Shown piece after piece: positions 61,618 to 64,000 of a stretch of 64,000 bases of DNA (within the stretch, counting starts at the first letter, position 1; every line of letters starts with the position of its first letter). The DNA is from Azolla caroliniana. Its lineage: Eukaryota; Plantae; Polypodiophyta. The translations under genes and the position numbers were made by a program. Where the stretch lies: positions 17,670,001-17,734,000 of the forward strand of contig JBHGNT010000005.1 of assembly GCA_043228905.1 (NCBI GenBank), given 5' to 3'. Below the pieces are notes generated by a model. That model did not search any database. It was given only the letters and a program-made list of their open reading frames with translations, and was not told the origin of the DNA.

Positions 61618-61966
61618 TGTTATTGGTCGGCCTGGTGTGAAATGGGGCAGGCCAACCAAGCCACGCATATATATATGCCCTTTTTTGGGATGTAAGGGTG
61701 TGTGGTGGTGTTCTATTGAGAATAGTAAGTGTTTGTCTCCTCATTCTCAGTTTACTTTCTATTTTTTTCTTCTTTTTCTTCTATCTTCGTCGTCCTTTTC
61801 TTTTTCTTCTATCTTTTTTCTCCTTTTGCAACCATAGCTTTTTCTTCTACTTCTTCTTCTTGTAGTGGAGGAACCGTGTGGTGTGAGCCACCTTTAGGGC
61901 TGGGAGTGCGATATGTGGGCACCACCAGCAGAACCTGAGTAGACCCAAAAGATCATGTCGACAACA
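61618..61966 (+). repeat. 3' LTR of Gypsy B
   Basis: The first ~135 bp match 32898-33035; ends GACAACA, followed by the TSD. Confidence 0.85.
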
Positions 61967-62287
61967 AACGTGACACCATTCAAGAGGTGTTTTCCCTCTC
62001 TCAACCTAGAGACAGTAAATACGTACTTACTAGTCTTTGATTTTCAAAAGAGAGGAGTGTTTCTAGTTTACAAGAGATAGGATTTGCATGTTAAATGCTT
62101 GCTCACTTCAGGGGAGATTGTGAAATTGGAAGTTATGTTTTCGTCGCATTCCATTTAATTTTGGCTGAAATACGAGTGTGGTGTTGTTCTTAGGTGAACA
62201 CAGATAGTTCTTGTTTTTGGGGGGCTACAATAGTTACGTATACATATATTTTTTTAACACGGTGATAGTTGAACTTGAGACCAGCTA

Positions 62288-64000
62288 GTGAGTAGCGTCC
62301 CAACTATCATTAGGTGCTTAGAGTTCATCTTGTGGAAGAATCAAATGAGAGATGTTTTGATTCAAAGAAGGAAATTAAGTCCATTAGGTGGCGAAGCGAA
62401 ACCCCAAGGCATGTCCAATGACGATTGGGAAGAGCTTGATCTCTTGGCAATGTCTACCATAAGATTGCACCTAGCAAACAATGTATACTTCACGGTCTTG
62501 GACTATGACTTGGCCGAAAAGTTATGAACTAAACTATGTAGTACTTACAAAAAAGAGACCGCATCAAATAAAGTTTATCTAATGAGAAAACATTATGATC
62601 TTCAAATAAAGGACACCGATAATGTTGCCTCTCATTTGAATGACTTTGATGCACTATGGTCACAATTACAAGCTCAAAAAATGACTATGGACAATGAGCT
62701 AAAATGTGTATTTCTATTATGCACTTTGCCTAGCTCATGGGACACATTTTTCACTATTGTTAGCGATAGTGCACCAAACAGGAAACTAGTCTATGATGAC
62801 ATATGTGGAGCACTATTGAGCGAAGAAATTCATAGGAAATCTATGACTGCATCACATAATGGAGATGCATATAATGTGTATGAGGTTAGTTCTCACAAAA
62901 ACCAACACCGTGGTCGGAGCCAAACGAGAAACAATAGTGTAAACGATAGAGGTAGAAGCAAGTCTAGGAAGAAAAACATGGAGTGTCATTATTTGTATAA
63001 AAAGGGACACCTCAAGAAAGATTGTCATGCCCTAAAAAATAAGGAAAAAGATCATGCTAAATTCAAAGGTGATGAGCATGGATGATAATCTTGTGGTCCC
63101 TCTTCCTCGGTGGAAATAGAAGAAGTAAATGCAACATGTGAAGAGACTGACATCTTGGTCTTAGATTATGTTAGGACACATGTTGGGGTGAATATGGTTT
63201 TTTCTCCATCCTATACATGGTTGTTGGACTTTGGTGCATCATTCCATGTGACTCCACACAGAGAGTGGTTCACATGTTATGAAGCCAAGTCACTTAGGAA
63301 AGTTAGACTTGGAGATTCACATTAGTGTGATGTGATTGGCATTGGAGATATCTCAATGCACTTTAGTGATGGTTCTCCTCTTACCATCAAAGATGTACGC
63401 CCTGTTCCTCAACTAAATTGTAGTCTAATGTTCGTTGGTCAGCTTGATGACAACAGCTATAAGGTGATATTTGCTTCCCAATCCTTTCGTTTAACGAAAG
63501 GAAATATGATTGTTGCAAAAGGGAACAAAGTTGGTTCCCTCTACCCTCTATTTGTTCATAAAAAAGAAAATCTGTTGGCTATCACAAACCAACCAATGAA
63601 GAGCATTTGGCATGGCCATTTAGGCCACATGTCAAGAAATGGCATGGAAATTCTATCTCATTATGGCCGCTTACCTATGTTTTCATTCTCTGATTTTTCC
63701 TTATGTGAAAATTGCCAACATGGTAAGCAAACCAAAAGTGCACATAAGACCAGTGTTAACTCATCCACTAAAGCTAATTATGTAATGGTATCAGATGCCA
63801 CAGTGAGCCTTCATGTTACAATGAAGCTATATCTACCCACGATCATGCTAAGTGGAAACAAGCTATGGAAAATGAGTTGGATAGTATCCATAAGAGTGGA
63901 ACTTGGGATTTAGTGCCTTTGCCCAAAGGTAGGAAAGCACTACCATGTAAATGGGTGTATAAGTACAAATACACATCTGATAGTGTTCTTCCCAAGTATA
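62288..64000 (+). pseudogene. Copia 5 gag-PR-(INT deleted)-RT start
   Basis: Motifs LLCTLPSSW, GHLKKDC, WLLDFGASFH, WHGHLGHMS, then a jump near 63770 to WDLVPLPKGRKALPCKWVYK. Confidence 0.85.

Larger units (their letters stand above)
32898..61966 (+). mobile_element. Gypsy B: degenerate Athila/Tat-related Gypsy, related to Gypsy A
   Basis: 5' LTR remnant 32898-33035 matches the 3' LTR 61618-61966. TSD AACAT/AACGT. gag fragment 38297-38690, pol 55357-58378. Confidence 0.85.
32512..64000 (+). mobile_element. Copia 5: old outer Copia hosting the nest (3' end beyond the window)
   Basis: Probable short 5' LTR at ~32512-32711 (start uncertain), PBS TGGTATCAGAGC at 32713. The leader is split by Gypsy B; gag-pol resumes at ~62290. 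Confidence 0.65.

Overview
Gene-free, transposon-saturated plant DNA, probably from a non-seed land plant (inferred from the TE lineages only). Left part: an intron-containing Sola2-like DDD transposon (5' end at 29181, exons 1-235, 10807-11584, 16917-17631) that interrupts an RTE-type LINE. It carries an Athila/Tat-related Gypsy (437-10012) in an intron and a young Copia (11585-16916) in an exon. A ~12.9 kb segment (17632-30539) is inverted; the evidence is a split Copia whose two LTRs are now inverted but keep a matching TSD. Right part: a five-level nest, Copia > Gypsy (32898-61966) > Copia (38691-55356) > tRNA-Trp-primed Gypsy (41361-52947) > Copia (43208-48588). Also present: two non-autonomous Trp-PBS LTR elements, a hAT MITE, and a Penelope-like element with no visible endonuclease but a hammerhead ribozyme. 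Most striking: both Athila/Tat-like Gypsys lack a polypurine tract. In its place each has a tRNA-3'-half-like sequence (T-arm with an inserted hairpin, ending GGCATG-CCA) that is complementary to the PBS, suggesting a non-canonical priming mechanism. All calls were made by eye; family names need database confirmation.
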